NCBI GenBank assembly: GCA_002412795.1
Contig: DHVS01000011.1
Coordinates: forward strand, 19,824-83,823
DNA length: 64,000 nt
Direction of reading: 5' to 3'
Source: a bacterium UBP2_UBA5202
Lineage (GTDB): Bacteria; Edwardsbacteria; AC1; EtOH8
Position numbers and translations under genes: made by a program. The notes below the pieces were generated by a model. The model worked only from the letters and a program-made list of their open reading frames with translations. It ran no database searches and was not told the DNA's origin. Each line of letters starts with the position of its first letter. Position 1 is the stretch's first letter. This document shows, piece by piece, positions 27,186 through 36,266 of this stretch.

Positions 27186-27983
27186 ATGACCAATATCAAT
27201 TACGGCAAGAAAAAACGTTTGACCGGCTTTAACGAGCTGGCTGAAGTAAAAATGAACATCAGCAAATATGGCTGCGATTACAAATGTCGTTACTGCTTTA
27301 ACACGTCCCTTTGTGTATGGGGCAGGGGATTTGACCCGGCAGACCTCGATGTAACAGTAATAGATCGCGAAAAGTTAAATGCGTTGGTAGAGCTGAAAGG
27401 GGATACCGTAATATACCCCAACACGCACGACATAACACCCAAGCACCTGGAAGCCCATCTACTCTTTATCGGGAAACTTTTGGCGGTATATCCGAAGGTG
27501 ACCGTAATCTCCAAGCCCAACCTGGTATGCATCCGGGCAATCTGCGAGGCCTTCCCGGAGCATAAGGACAAACTGACATTTTTATTCACTATTGGCACCG
27601 TGGATGACAAGGTACGAGAGTTCTGGGAACCCTACGCCCCTGGTATCCCAGAACGTGTTAAATGTCTAAAACTTGCTCATGATTTGGGTTTCAAGACCAG
27701 CGTCATTTCGGAACCTTTGCTGGATGAAACTCCGGATGGTGTTTTACAGATGGTCAAACCTTATGTGTCTGACGTCATCTGGATTGGAAAAGGGAATATG
27801 ATGATGCAACGGGTATCCTGCAATGGCCATAAAGACCCGGAGACCAAGGCCAGAGTGAAACAACTTGAAGTGTGGCATTCCAAGGCCAACCTTGAGGTCA
27901 TATACCAACGGCTGAAAGATGACCCGCAGATACGTTGGAAAGAAAACATACAAACAATACTCGGTCTTCGGCAGCCGAAATAA
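27186..27983 (+). CDS. radical-SAM-like protein (CxxxCxxC)
   Basis: CDYKCRYC motif near the N-terminus. GGAGA ribosome-binding site before the ATG at 27186. Confidence 0.5.
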   Translation: MTNINYGKKKRLTGFNELAEVKMNISKYGCDYKCRYCFNTSLCVWGRGFDPADLDVTVIDREKLNALVELKGDTVIYPNTHDITPKHLEAHLLFIGKLLAVYPKVTVISKPNLVCIRAICEAFPEHKDKLTFLFTIGTVDDKVREFWEPYAPGIPERVKCLKLAHDLGFKTSVISEPLLDETPDGVLQMVKPYVSDVIWIGKGNMMMQRVSCNGHKDPETKARVKQLEVWHSKANLEVIYQRLKDDPQIRWKENIQTILGLRQPK

Positions 27984-28036
27984 ATATTATACCGGGACAG
28001 GCTGTGAAAATTCGGCCCGTCCCAGAGGAGTTGAGT

Positions 28037-28240
28037 ATGAATGAGTTTAATGACAAGCCCCTACTTTGGAATGTTACCCAGGTATCTCAGGCAACCGGAC
28101 TCAGCATCCACACCATCCGCTCATGGGTTTCGCAGCACCGTATTCCGTATGTCAAGATGGGTACAAGGACGATGTTTAAACCAGAGGCGATCAGGTCCTG
28201 GATCGAAGAACAACAGGTGGAACCAATAATCGCCAGGTAA
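28037..28240 (+). CDS. excisionase/MerR-like HTH DNA-binding protein
   Basis: GAGGAG ribosome-binding site. Short HTH protein immediately upstream of the integrase. Confidence 0.5.
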   Translation: MNEFNDKPLLWNVTQVSQATGLSIHTIRSWVSQHRIPYVKMGTRTMFKPEAIRSWIEEQQVEPIIAR

Positions 28241-28313
28241 AACTGGCAATCATTAACGCTGATGGCTGCTGTACTATGCAGCGGTCACCAGCACTTTATT
28301 AAAAGGAGGGATT

Positions 28314-29372
28314 ATGTCCATCAGACGCGAAAAGGGCCGCTACGTCATTGACTATTACTATCAAGGGGTGCGAAGACGGGAAGTGGCCGGGACCAACAAA
28401 AGGGAAGCTGAGAATATTCTGGCCATCCGCAAGGCCGAGATCCTGCAAGGTCGGTATCAGATCAAGAAGCCGTCCACAATGACCTTTGCAGAATTCTCAG
28501 AGATTTACATGGTGTATGCAAAAGCCAACAAGAGATCGTGGTTAAGGGATTATACCTCGTTGAAGCATCTGTTACCTGCCTTCGGAGCCAAGAAACTGAG
28601 TGATATAACCACCCATTCAATTGAAGACTACAAGATCAAAAGGTTGGCTAATGTAAAACCGGGGACGGTTAACCGCGAAATAGTTTTGATCAAGCGAGAA
28701 TTCAATTTAGCCATTGCTTGGGGCAATGCATCGGTCAATCCTGTGAAGGGGGTAAAACTATTCCGGGAGGATAATATTCAGGAGCGAATACTTACCAGGG
28801 ACGAAATTACCAAGTTGTTGGCGGCCTGTTCTGATTATTCCCGGCCCATAGTATTGACCGCACTTCACACCGGTATGAGAAAGGGTGAGATATTGGGCCT
28901 GAAGTGGGGCCAGGTTGACTTGGAAAAAAGGGTCATAACCATTCTGTTCAGCAAGAGCGGCCGGGTCCGTAAGATTCCGATCAACTCTGTCTTATTAGAG
29001 GTGCTGAAGGGGCTAAAAGAGAAGGCCACCCAGGAGTATGTCTTCACTTGCGTAAGGACCAAAGCCCCGGCTGGTAAAATTCAAACGGCGTGGTTGACTG
29101 CAATTAGGAAATCTGGTATAATACGTTGTCGTTTTCATGATCTGCGGCATACCTTCGCCAGCCATCTGATAGCTAATGGGGTGGACATAGTAACGGTCAA
29201 GGAACTACTCGGGCATGCGGACATCAAGATGACAATGCGCTATGCCCATGCCGCCCCAGAGACCAAGTTGCAGGCAGTGGCTACCCTGGAAAAGAGTGTT
29301 GGCGAAGTCCATAGTCACTATTTAGTCACCAGGCCTAAAATGGCCAAACCGGTAGTTGTCGTAAAGCGTTGA
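28314..29372 (+). CDS. tyrosine site-specific recombinase (phage integrase family)
   Basis: C-terminal HDLRHTFAS...LLGHADIKMTMRYAH (R-H-R-Y catalytic signature). Lies adjacent to a tRNA. Confidence 0.85.
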   Translation: MSIRREKGRYVIDYYYQGVRRREVAGTNKREAENILAIRKAEILQGRYQIKKPSTMTFAEFSEIYMVYAKANKRSWLRDYTSLKHLLPAFGAKKLSDITTHSIEDYKIKRLANVKPGTVNREIVLIKREFNLAIAWGNASVNPVKGVKLFREDNIQERILTRDEITKLLAACSDYSRPIVLTALHTGMRKGEILGLKWGQVDLEKRVITILFSKSGRVRKIPINSVLLEVLKGLKEKATQEYVFTCVRTKAPAGKIQTAWLTAIRKSGIIRCRFHDLRHTFASHLIANGVDIVTVKELLGHADIKMTMRYAHAAPETKLQAVATLEKSVGEVHSHYLVTRPKMAKPVVVVKR

Positions 29373-29385
29373 ATATCAATAACGT

Positions 29386-29461
<76 letters not shown>

Positions 29462-29551
29462 GACTACGCTATAAAAGAAATATATAAGCCGGCCTCCGCC
29501 TTCGTTTCTGCTACGGCGGACACGTCGTCTGGCAACCCAGGCTACACTATA

Positions 29552-29601
29552 AGCAAAGAGGCGGAGATTTGTTTTTACAAATCTCCGCCTCTTTGCTTTT
29601 T
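29552..29601. terminator. strong bidirectional hairpin terminator (20-bp stem)
   Basis: AGCAAAGAGGCGGAGATTTG / CAAATCTCCGCCTCTTTGCT followed by TTTT. Lies downstream of the minus-strand amidohydrolase and of the tRNA. Confidence 0.7.
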
Positions 29602-29605
29602 AATC

Positions 29606-31192
29606 TTAAATTTCTCTTCCACCAATAAATGTTCTCTTTACTTTTAACCGGCCTATCTCATCGGCTCTGACTTGGAACAAATCATCGGACAGGCAGATGA
29701 AATCTGCCAGCTTGCCCGGCTCCAAAGTCCCGAGAACTTTTTCCCTCCCGCTAGCATAAGCGGCATCAGACGTATATGCCCGGACCGCCTGCTTGATGTT
29801 CATTCTTTCTTTGGGGTAAAAAGATTCGGGATTATCTCCCCGTTGCCTGGTAACTGCCGCCTGGATTGCTTTGAAAGGGTCCGGGGTTTCGATCGGAGCG
29901 TCCGAGCCAAAAACAATTGTAGTCCCTGCCTTGGCCAAAGATCCGAAGGGGTAGGCGGAGGCCTCCCGGCCAACCCAATATTTCTTGATCAGGTCAATGT
30001 CCGAAGGCAGGTGGATGGGCTGGACGGAAGCTATGACGCCCAATTCCCTATATCTTATCAGGTCAGAAGCTGCCACCGACTGGCAGTGTTCTATCCGGTG
30101 GCGCAAAGTCCTGTCCAAATTTCTGGTCTGCCGGTAAATGTCCAGGGCCATTTTGTTGGCGGCGTCCCCGATGGCGTGAATGGCGCAGGCAATGCCGTGC
30201 TGGGCGGCTGTCTTTGCCAGGGACAGCAGTTGGTCATAGTCGGCCACCTGCAGGCCAAAGGAATTTCCTGACGAATATGGTTTGAGCATCAAAGCGGTCT
30301 GCGAACCCAGGGAGCCGTCAATGAAAAGTTTAAGCCCGCCGAACTTCAGGAAATCATCGCCGAACCCGGACCTTAACCCCAGGCCGACAGCCTCGGTCAG
30401 GGAATCCTCCCGCAGGTAGGCCACGGCCCTCAAATGCAATTGTCCCTCCTGGTGCGCTTTCTGCAAAAGAGAGAACTCGGCCCCGGTCTCCATGGTATGG
30501 AAACCGGTCAGGCCCATTTGGGCAAAAACTTTTTGGCCCAGGTCCAAAGCCTCCCGCTGTTCTTTTTCCGACGGCTTGGGGATCCGCAAGTAACATTGGT
30601 TGGCGGCCTCCTCCCGGACAATGCCGGAAGGACGCCCATCCCTGTCCCGTTCCACCAGACCGCCGGGCAGCCCAGGGATCTCCGAGTCCAGGCCCAGTTC
30701 CTTAATGGCGGCCGAATTAATCCAGGCGGTGTGCCAGTCCTTGCCCCACAAGAATACCGGGTTGGAAGGCGATATGGCATCCAAGTCTTTTTTACGGGGC
30801 AGACGGCCTTCGGCCCAGATGTTCTTGTTCCAGCCGGTGCCCAACAGCCACTGGCCGGGCCGTTTACCTTTCAGGTATCCGGAGACAATTTTCAAACAAT
30901 CTTTCAGCGATCTGACGCTGTCCAGGTTGGGTCGTGACAGCATCAGAGAATAACCGCAAAAATGGGTGTGGCAGTCGGTAAAGCCGGACAGGACGGTCAT
31001 TCCCTGAAGGTCTATGATCTCCGGCTTCAGAGACTTGTACCTGCCCAGCAGTTCTTTGGATTTTCCCACCGCCAGGATGGCTCCGGTAAACACATGGCAA
31101 GCCAAAGCTTCTTCCGTACGCTTGTCTCCAAGTGAGTGGATCCTGGCGTTGGTAAAAAGCCTGAACGTTCCGGCCTTAGGTGTTCTCTTCAT
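29606..31192 (-). CDS. amidohydrolase-3 family metal-dependent hydrolase
   Basis: ...GFTDCHTHF... and overall Amidohydro_3 architecture. Start uncertain (Met codons at 31192, 31213 and 31246). Confidence 0.7.
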   Translation of the reverse strand: MKRTPKAGTFRLFTNARIHSLGDKRTEEALACHVFTGAILAVGKSKELLGRYKSLKPEIIDLQGMTVLSGFTDCHTHFCGYSLMLSRPNLDSVRSLKDCLKIVSGYLKGKRPGQWLLGTGWNKNIWAEGRLPRKKDLDAISPSNPVFLWGKDWHTAWINSAAIKELGLDSEIPGLPGGLVERDRDGRPSGIVREEAANQCYLRIPKPSEKEQREALDLGQKVFAQMGLTGFHTMETGAEFSLLQKAHQEGQLHLRAVAYLREDSLTEAVGLGLRSGFGDDFLKFGGLKLFIDGSLGSQTALMLKPYSSGNSFGLQVADYDQLLSLAKTAAQHGIACAIHAIGDAANKMALDIYRQTRNLDRTLRHRIEHCQSVAASDLIRYRELGVIASVQPIHLPSDIDLIKKYWVGREASAYPFGSLAKAGTTIVFGSDAPIETPDPFKAIQAAVTRQRGDNPESFYPKERMNIKQAVRAYTSDAAYASGREKVLGTLEPGKLADFICLSDDLFQVRADEIGRLKVKRTFIGGREI

Positions 31193-33131
31193 TGTAATGT
31201 TCCCAGCGGTCATAGAGATATTTAAGCTCCTTGCGGTTCTTGTCAAAATCGTTCATCAGTTCCTTCATCTTCGCGCCGTCCTTGTAAATGGCGGGATCGG
31301 CCAGCCCTCCCTGATCGGACTCCAGGGATTTCTGCTTCTTTTCCAGCAAATGGATCCGTTCCTCGAGCTCGGCCACCGTCTTTTTATGCTTCCGCTGCTC
31401 GGCCGCCTGTTGGGACCTTAGTTTTTTTGATTCCTCCCACAGAGGCCTGTCCGGCGGAAGTTTGGCGGCAGAAGCCTTTTCCTTGACCGGCTGGGGGGCC
31501 GTGGCAGCGTCCTGGGCCAGCAGGGATTCTTTTTTCTCCAGATACTCGGTGTAATTGCCGGGGAATATTCCGATCCGGCCGCCGGCCACTTCCACCACGG
31601 TGTCCACCACCTGGTCCAGCAGGTAGCGGTCGTGGGTCACCAGCACCACGGCCCCCCGGTATTCCTTCAGGGCCTGCTCCAGGATCTCCTTGCCCTTCAG
31701 GTCCAGGTGGTTGGTGGGCTCGTCCATGATCAGAAGGTTGGCAGGCAAAAGCAGGGTGCAGCACAGGGCCAGCCGGGACTTTTCCCCGCCGGACAGCACC
31801 GAGACCTTCTTGTATACATCGTCGCCGGGGAAGAGAAAGGACCCCAGAATGGTGCGGATCCGGCCCGGGGTCTCCAGCGGGATCACGTCCTCCACCTGCT
31901 GGTAGACAGTCTTCTTGTCGTCCAGCATCTCGGCGGTGTGCTGGGCAAAGTAGGCCAGGTGCAGCTGGGGCGATTCCACCATCTCCCCGGAGGTGGGGGG
32001 TTCCACCCGGGCCAGCATTTTCAGCAAAGTGGATTTGCCGGCGCCGTTCAACCCCACCAGGCCCAGCTTGCGGCCGTTCTCCACCAGCAGGTCCACATGG
32101 CTTAATACGCGTTTGTCCCCGTAATGCTTGGAGACGTCCTTGAGGGTCACCATGTTGCGCCCGCAGTAGGGGGGCTGGGGCAGGTTCAGCCGGAAACTTT
32201 TGACGGTGGAGGGAAGGTCCACCCGCTGCTGCTGAAGTTTCTCAATCATCTTCTCCCGGCTGGTGACCATGGCCCGCTTGATGTAGTTGCCCTTCCAGCG
32301 GCAGACGAATTCCTTTAAATGCTCGATCTCCTTGTCCTGCTCCACCTGCTGTTTGATCAGCAGCTCCCGGCGCTTTTCCTTTTCGGTCAGATATCCGGAA
32401 TAGTTGGCGTGGTAGATGTCCAGCCGGCCGTGCTCCAGTTCAAAGATCTTCCTGACCGTGCGGTCTATGAAATAACGGTCGTGGGAGATCATCACCGCAG
32501 TCCCCTTGAAGCTTTTCAAAAAACCTTCCAGGTATTCCATGGACTCGATGTCCAGGTGGTTGGTGGGCTCGTCCAAAAAAAGATAGGACGGCTCCTGCAG
32601 CAGCAGCTTGACCAGGGCCAGCCGCATCTGCCAGCCCCCGGAAAAGGTCTCCACCGGGCGGGAGAAGTCGTCCTCGGAGAAGCCCAGCCCCTGGAGCACC
32701 GATTTGGTGCGGCTCTCCAGCTGGTATCCGTCCTGGCCCTCGAACAGGTGGTGCAGTTCGCCGTAGCGCTCGATCACCGCCGGCAGTTCCGGGTCGTGCT
32801 GGGACATGGCGGCCATCAGGTGGGACAGCTCCTCGGCCTCGTCCCTCATGGCGTGGCGGTCGGCAAAGACGGAGGAGGCCTCCTCCAGCACCGTCCGGCC
32901 CTTGAATACCACCTCCTGCTGGGGCAGGTAGCCGGTGCGCATCTTTTTGGCCGAGGCCACCCCTCCGGTAGTGGGGCTCTGGAGCCCCAGGGCGATCTTG
33001 AACAGGGTGGTCTTGCCGGCGCCGTTGGGGCCCACCAGGGCGATGCGCTCGGATAGCCCGATGTTCCAGGTGATGTCTTTGAAGAGGACCTTTTCGCCGA
33101 AGGAGACCGATATGTTGGAAAGCTGGATCAT
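31176..33131 (-). CDS. ABC-F family ATPase (two ABC domains, C-terminal coiled coil)
   Basis: Two GPNGAGKTTL / GLNGAGKSTL Walker A motifs. Two LSGG signatures (LSGGWQMRL, LSGGEKSRL). Confidence 0.85.
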   Translation of the reverse strand: MIQLSNISVSFGEKVLFKDITWNIGLSERIALVGPNGAGKTTLFKIALGLQSPTTGGVASAKKMRTGYLPQQEVVFKGRTVLEEASSVFADRHAMRDEAEELSHLMAAMSQHDPELPAVIERYGELHHLFEGQDGYQLESRTKSVLQGLGFSEDDFSRPVETFSGGWQMRLALVKLLLQEPSYLFLDEPTNHLDIESMEYLEGFLKSFKGTAVMISHDRYFIDRTVRKIFELEHGRLDIYHANYSGYLTEKEKRRELLIKQQVEQDKEIEHLKEFVCRWKGNYIKRAMVTSREKMIEKLQQQRVDLPSTVKSFRLNLPQPPYCGRNMVTLKDVSKHYGDKRVLSHVDLLVENGRKLGLVGLNGAGKSTLLKMLARVEPPTSGEMVESPQLHLAYFAQHTAEMLDDKKTVYQQVEDVIPLETPGRIRTILGSFLFPGDDVYKKVSVLSGGEKSRLALCCTLLLPANLLIMDEPTNHLDLKGKEILEQALKEYRGAVVLVTHDRYLLDQVVDTVVEVAGGRIGIFPGNYTEYLEKKESLLAQDAATAPQPVKEKASAAKLPPDRPLWEESKKLRSQQAAEQRKHKKTVAELEERIHLLEKKQKSLESDQGGLADPAIYKDGAKMKELMNDFDKNRKELKYLYDRWEHYNEENT

Positions 33132-33262
33132 TTATCAGTTGTTTTAAAATGCGGCAGGCTTATTAAGAATAGTAATTCTATCATAATTTGTAAAAATATA
33201 CAAACAGCACTTGACAAACGGGGGAAATGGGTTGATAATTAAAGGATAACAAAGAGGATGCA

Positions 33263-34354
33263 ATGAAAAAACAATATTTTACAATTATTATTTCCATGAT
33301 ACTTGTCTCCATTGTCTGGGCCGGCACCGTGCCCCCGGATTCCACGATATTTGCAGGGCAGACAGGGATCACGTTGATAAACTCGCTGGTGGCTTCCTAT
33401 AAATCCACTACCAACCTGGGTTATGATGTTGGCCGTGACAGCATGTACGGGGCTTATGACAAGCTGAATGACAGCCTGGAGTGCGTTTACAGCGGCTACA
33501 AGATATACATGCAGCCGGGGCAGGATCCCGTCACCTGGGCCTATGATCATGACATCAACTGCGAGCACACCTGGCCCCAGAGCATGCTGGTTTCAAGTAC
33601 CGCCAAGGCGGACCTGCACCACCTTTTCCCCACCGAGATCCAGGTCAACGGAGACAGAGGAACGCTTCCCTTTGGCGATATCCCCGACAATCAAACCAAC
33701 AAATGGTACCGCAACAATGTGATCACCACCACCATCCCAGCCTCCAACATTGAACAGTATGCCGAACTGTTGACCAGCGTCAGGTTCGAACCTAGGGAAA
33801 TACAAAAAGGTAATACTGCCCGGGCCATGTACTATGTGCTGACCATGTGGCAGCTGGGTGACACCAACTTGTCCTGGTGGACCGGACAGAAGAACGGGCT
33901 GTATGCATGGCATGTAAATGACGCGGCCGATGCCCGGGAGATAACCCGCACTAGGAGGATAGCCGCTCACCAGCAGAATAAGCCCAATCCCTTCGTGCTG
34001 GACAGCACCCTGATCCGCCGGGCTTATTTCCCGGCCCTGGGAGTGGAGGCCGGAGCAGATGACAGGGAACTGGCAAAGGGTGTCAAAATATGTCCCAACC
34101 AGCCCAATCCGTTCTCGAATTCAACCGCCATCCGCTTTTCTCTTACAACCGGGGCTGCCGCTGAATTTGCCATCTATGACGTGAGCGGCCGGAGGGTATA
34201 TAGTTGGACGAAAAAACTGAATGCCGGGGAAAACACCGTTAACTGGAACGGCAGGAACGAGAAGGGAGAGGCGCTTCCCAATGGAGTCTATATGTTCCGT
34301 TTTCAAGCTAATGGAAAACCTTTTGCGACCGGGAGGATGGTTTTGGTTAAATAG
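33263..34354 (+). CDS. secreted endonuclease I (EndA/NucM family) with T9SS C-terminal sorting domain
   Basis: Signal peptide. NCEHTWPQS...DLHHLFP...N..RG..PFG Endonuclease_1 motifs. C-terminal NQPNPFSNSTAIRF...MVLVK matches a Por/T9SS C-terminal domain. Confidence 0.7.
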   Translation: MKKQYFTIIISMILVSIVWAGTVPPDSTIFAGQTGITLINSLVASYKSTTNLGYDVGRDSMYGAYDKLNDSLECVYSGYKIYMQPGQDPVTWAYDHDINCEHTWPQSMLVSSTAKADLHHLFPTEIQVNGDRGTLPFGDIPDNQTNKWYRNNVITTTIPASNIEQYAELLTSVRFEPREIQKGNTARAMYYVLTMWQLGDTNLSWWTGQKNGLYAWHVNDAADAREITRTRRIAAHQQNKPNPFVLDSTLIRRAYFPALGVEAGADDRELAKGVKICPNQPNPFSNSTAIRFSLTTGAAAEFAIYDVSGRRVYSWTKKLNAGENTVNWNGRNEKGEALPNGVYMFRFQANGKPFATGRMVLVK

Positions 34355-34439
34355 TGTTTTCGGGATTTTCATTTGATAAACGGCGCAGTTAAACTGCGCC
34401 GTTTATTTTTGCCAGTTAGTACCCTGATGTCAAGGTTGT

Positions 34440-36266
34440 TCAATTGGCTGAGAGAATTGGGGCGCTGCCATTGCCATTCTCTTCGAGCTTTTCTTTCTCC
34501 CTTAACGTCACATAATACCCATCCCTGGCCAGTAGCTCCCGGTGGCTGCCCTGTTCCACGATCTTTCCGTCCTTAAGCACCAGTATCTGGTCGGCCCGTT
34601 CGATGGTGGAGGTCCGGTGGGAGATGATGAAGCAGGTGACGCCGGGGAGCTTCTCATTCAGCTCCTGCCAGACCAGGGTTTCGGTGGTGGCGTCCAGGGC
34701 CGAGGTGATGTCATCCAGGATCAGTATCTTGGGATGCCCCAGGGCGATCCTTTCCACGATGGCCCGGGCCAGGGAGGCCCGCTGTTTCTGGCCGCCGGAG
34801 AGGCTGGTGCCGCGCTGGCCGATCATGGTGCCGTAGCCCTGGGCGAAGCCTTTGACCTCCTTCTCCAGCTGGGAAATGCGCCCGGCCTCGACCGCCCGGT
34901 CCTGGTCCACGTTGTCCCGGTGGAAGATGACGTTGTTCAAGATGCTGTCGGAGAACAGCAGGGCCTCCTGCGGGGCATAGCCGATGATGCTCCGAAGCTC
35001 TGACAAATTGAATTCCCTGATGTCGACGCCGTCAATTTTGACCGCGCCGGAGGCCGGGTCGTGCAGGCGGAGCAGCATATGGACCAGGGTGGTCTTGCCG
35101 CAGCCCACCTCGCCCATCAGGGCTATCTTCTCCCCCCGGGCCACCCGGAAGCTGACATCCTGCAGCTGGTATTTGCCGTTCTTCCCGTAGCTGAAGGATA
35201 CCTGCTCGAAATCCAGGGAACGTTCAAAGGATATATCCTTAGGCTCTGGCGGATCGCCGACCTCAGGCAAAGCAGTCTCCAGCTCAAGGACCCGGGAGTA
35301 AGAGACCGCCGCCCGCTTGCCGGAAATGAAGAAGTTGCCCATGTTCCATAAAGGTTCGATCATCATCAGGCTGTAGGTGTAGAAGGCCACGAAACTTCCC
35401 AGGGTCAGGCTTCCCTTGACCACCAGCCAGCCCCCTGCCAGCAGCACCACCAGAACCCCCAGCTGGTCGATCAGGATGTTGGAGGAGTTGAACAGGGCCT
35501 CGGACTGGATGGTCCTGACCTCGGCCTTTATCCGGCGGTCCATGGCCCGGGCGAATCCCTGTTTCTGGTGATCCTGGCGGTTGTATACCTTGAGCACCCT
35601 GATGCCGGAGAAGCAGGCCTCCAGAAAATCATTGACCGTGGAGATGGCGTTCTGAAGCTTGAGGAACCGTTTTTCGAAGGTCTTTTCGTTGTACAGAAAC
35701 AGCCAGGCCACGATGGGCACGGGAAGCAGGGCAAACTGTGCCAGGGTGGCGTTTATCCGGAACATCACTATCAGGATGAAGCTGAACAGGGCCAGACCCT
35801 GCAGCGCCCGGAAAAATCCGGAGCAGGTGAACCAGGAAAATTTTTCGGCCAGATCGTCGGTCAGCCTGGTGACCACGTCCCCGGTCCGGTGTCCGGACAG
35901 GGTGGAGGGCCCCAGCCTGGTGAGATTGGCAAAGATCCTGTTCCGCAGCTCGGCCTCGATGTTCATGTTGGTCCATCCCCGGGTGGACATCAGCACCCAG
36001 TTGACTACGGCCGCACCCGTTCCCAGCAGCAAAAGGAACAGCACGTTGCGGTTCAGCTGCTGTAGGGGAAGCTTGCTGAGCAGGCCGTCCACCACCAGCT
36101 TGAAAAAGACGGGATAGCTGATGGCCAAAGCGGTGTGAAGCAGGGTCATCACCAGCAGCAGCAGCAGTTTGAGTTTGTGAGCACCCCAGTAGCGGTAAAG
36201 CCATCCGAAGATCAGCTTCAGGCTGCCGGTGTCTTTAGGCGAATTGGATTCGATATAACTTGGCAT
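34440..36266 (-). CDS. ABC exporter, fused permease-ATPase (MsbA-like)
   Basis: Six N-terminal TM helices. LSGGQKQRASLARAI signature. Confidence 0.8.
   Translation of the reverse strand: MPSYIESNSPKDTGSLKLIFGWLYRYWGAHKLKLLLLLVMTLLHTALAISYPVFFKLVVDGLLSKLPLQQLNRNVLFLLLLGTGAAVVNWVLMSTRGWTNMNIEAELRNRIFANLTRLGPSTLSGHRTGDVVTRLTDDLAEKFSWFTCSGFFRALQGLALFSFILIVMFRINATLAQFALLPVPIVAWLFLYNEKTFEKRFLKLQNAISTVNDFLEACFSGIRVLKVYNRQDHQKQGFARAMDRRIKAEVRTIQSEALFNSSNILIDQLGVLVVLLAGGWLVVKGSLTLGSFVAFYTYSLMMIEPLWNMGNFFISGKRAAVSYSRVLELETALPEVGDPPEPKDISFERSLDFEQVSFSYGKNGKYQLQDVSFRVARGEKIALMGEVGCGKTTLVHMLLRLHDPASGAVKIDGVDIREFNLSELRSIIGYAPQEALLFSDSILNNVIFHRDNVDQDRAVEAGRISQLEKEVKGFAQGYGTMIGQRGTSLSGGQKQRASLARAIVERIALGHPKILILDDITSALDATTETLVWQELNEKLPGVTCFIISHRTSTIERADQILVLKDGKIVEQGSHRELLARDGYYVTLREKEKLEENGNGSAPILSAN

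Noticed and set aside
29462-29551. Possible att-site similarity between the post-tRNA sequence (GCCTCCGCC...CTACGGC) and the 39-bp repeats at 5319/5709
   Set aside because: Only short shared words (9-mer GCCTCCGCC). No convincing alignment.
31384-33056. Plus-strand ORFs 31632-32105, 32319-33056 and a minus-strand ORF at 31384-31764, all overlapping the minus-strand ABC-F gene; plus similar antisense ORFs over the ABC exporters (35568-36065, 36292-36900, 37069-38100)
   Set aside because: Antisense to, or in other frames of, clearly motif-bearing ABC ATPase genes, with low-complexity translations.
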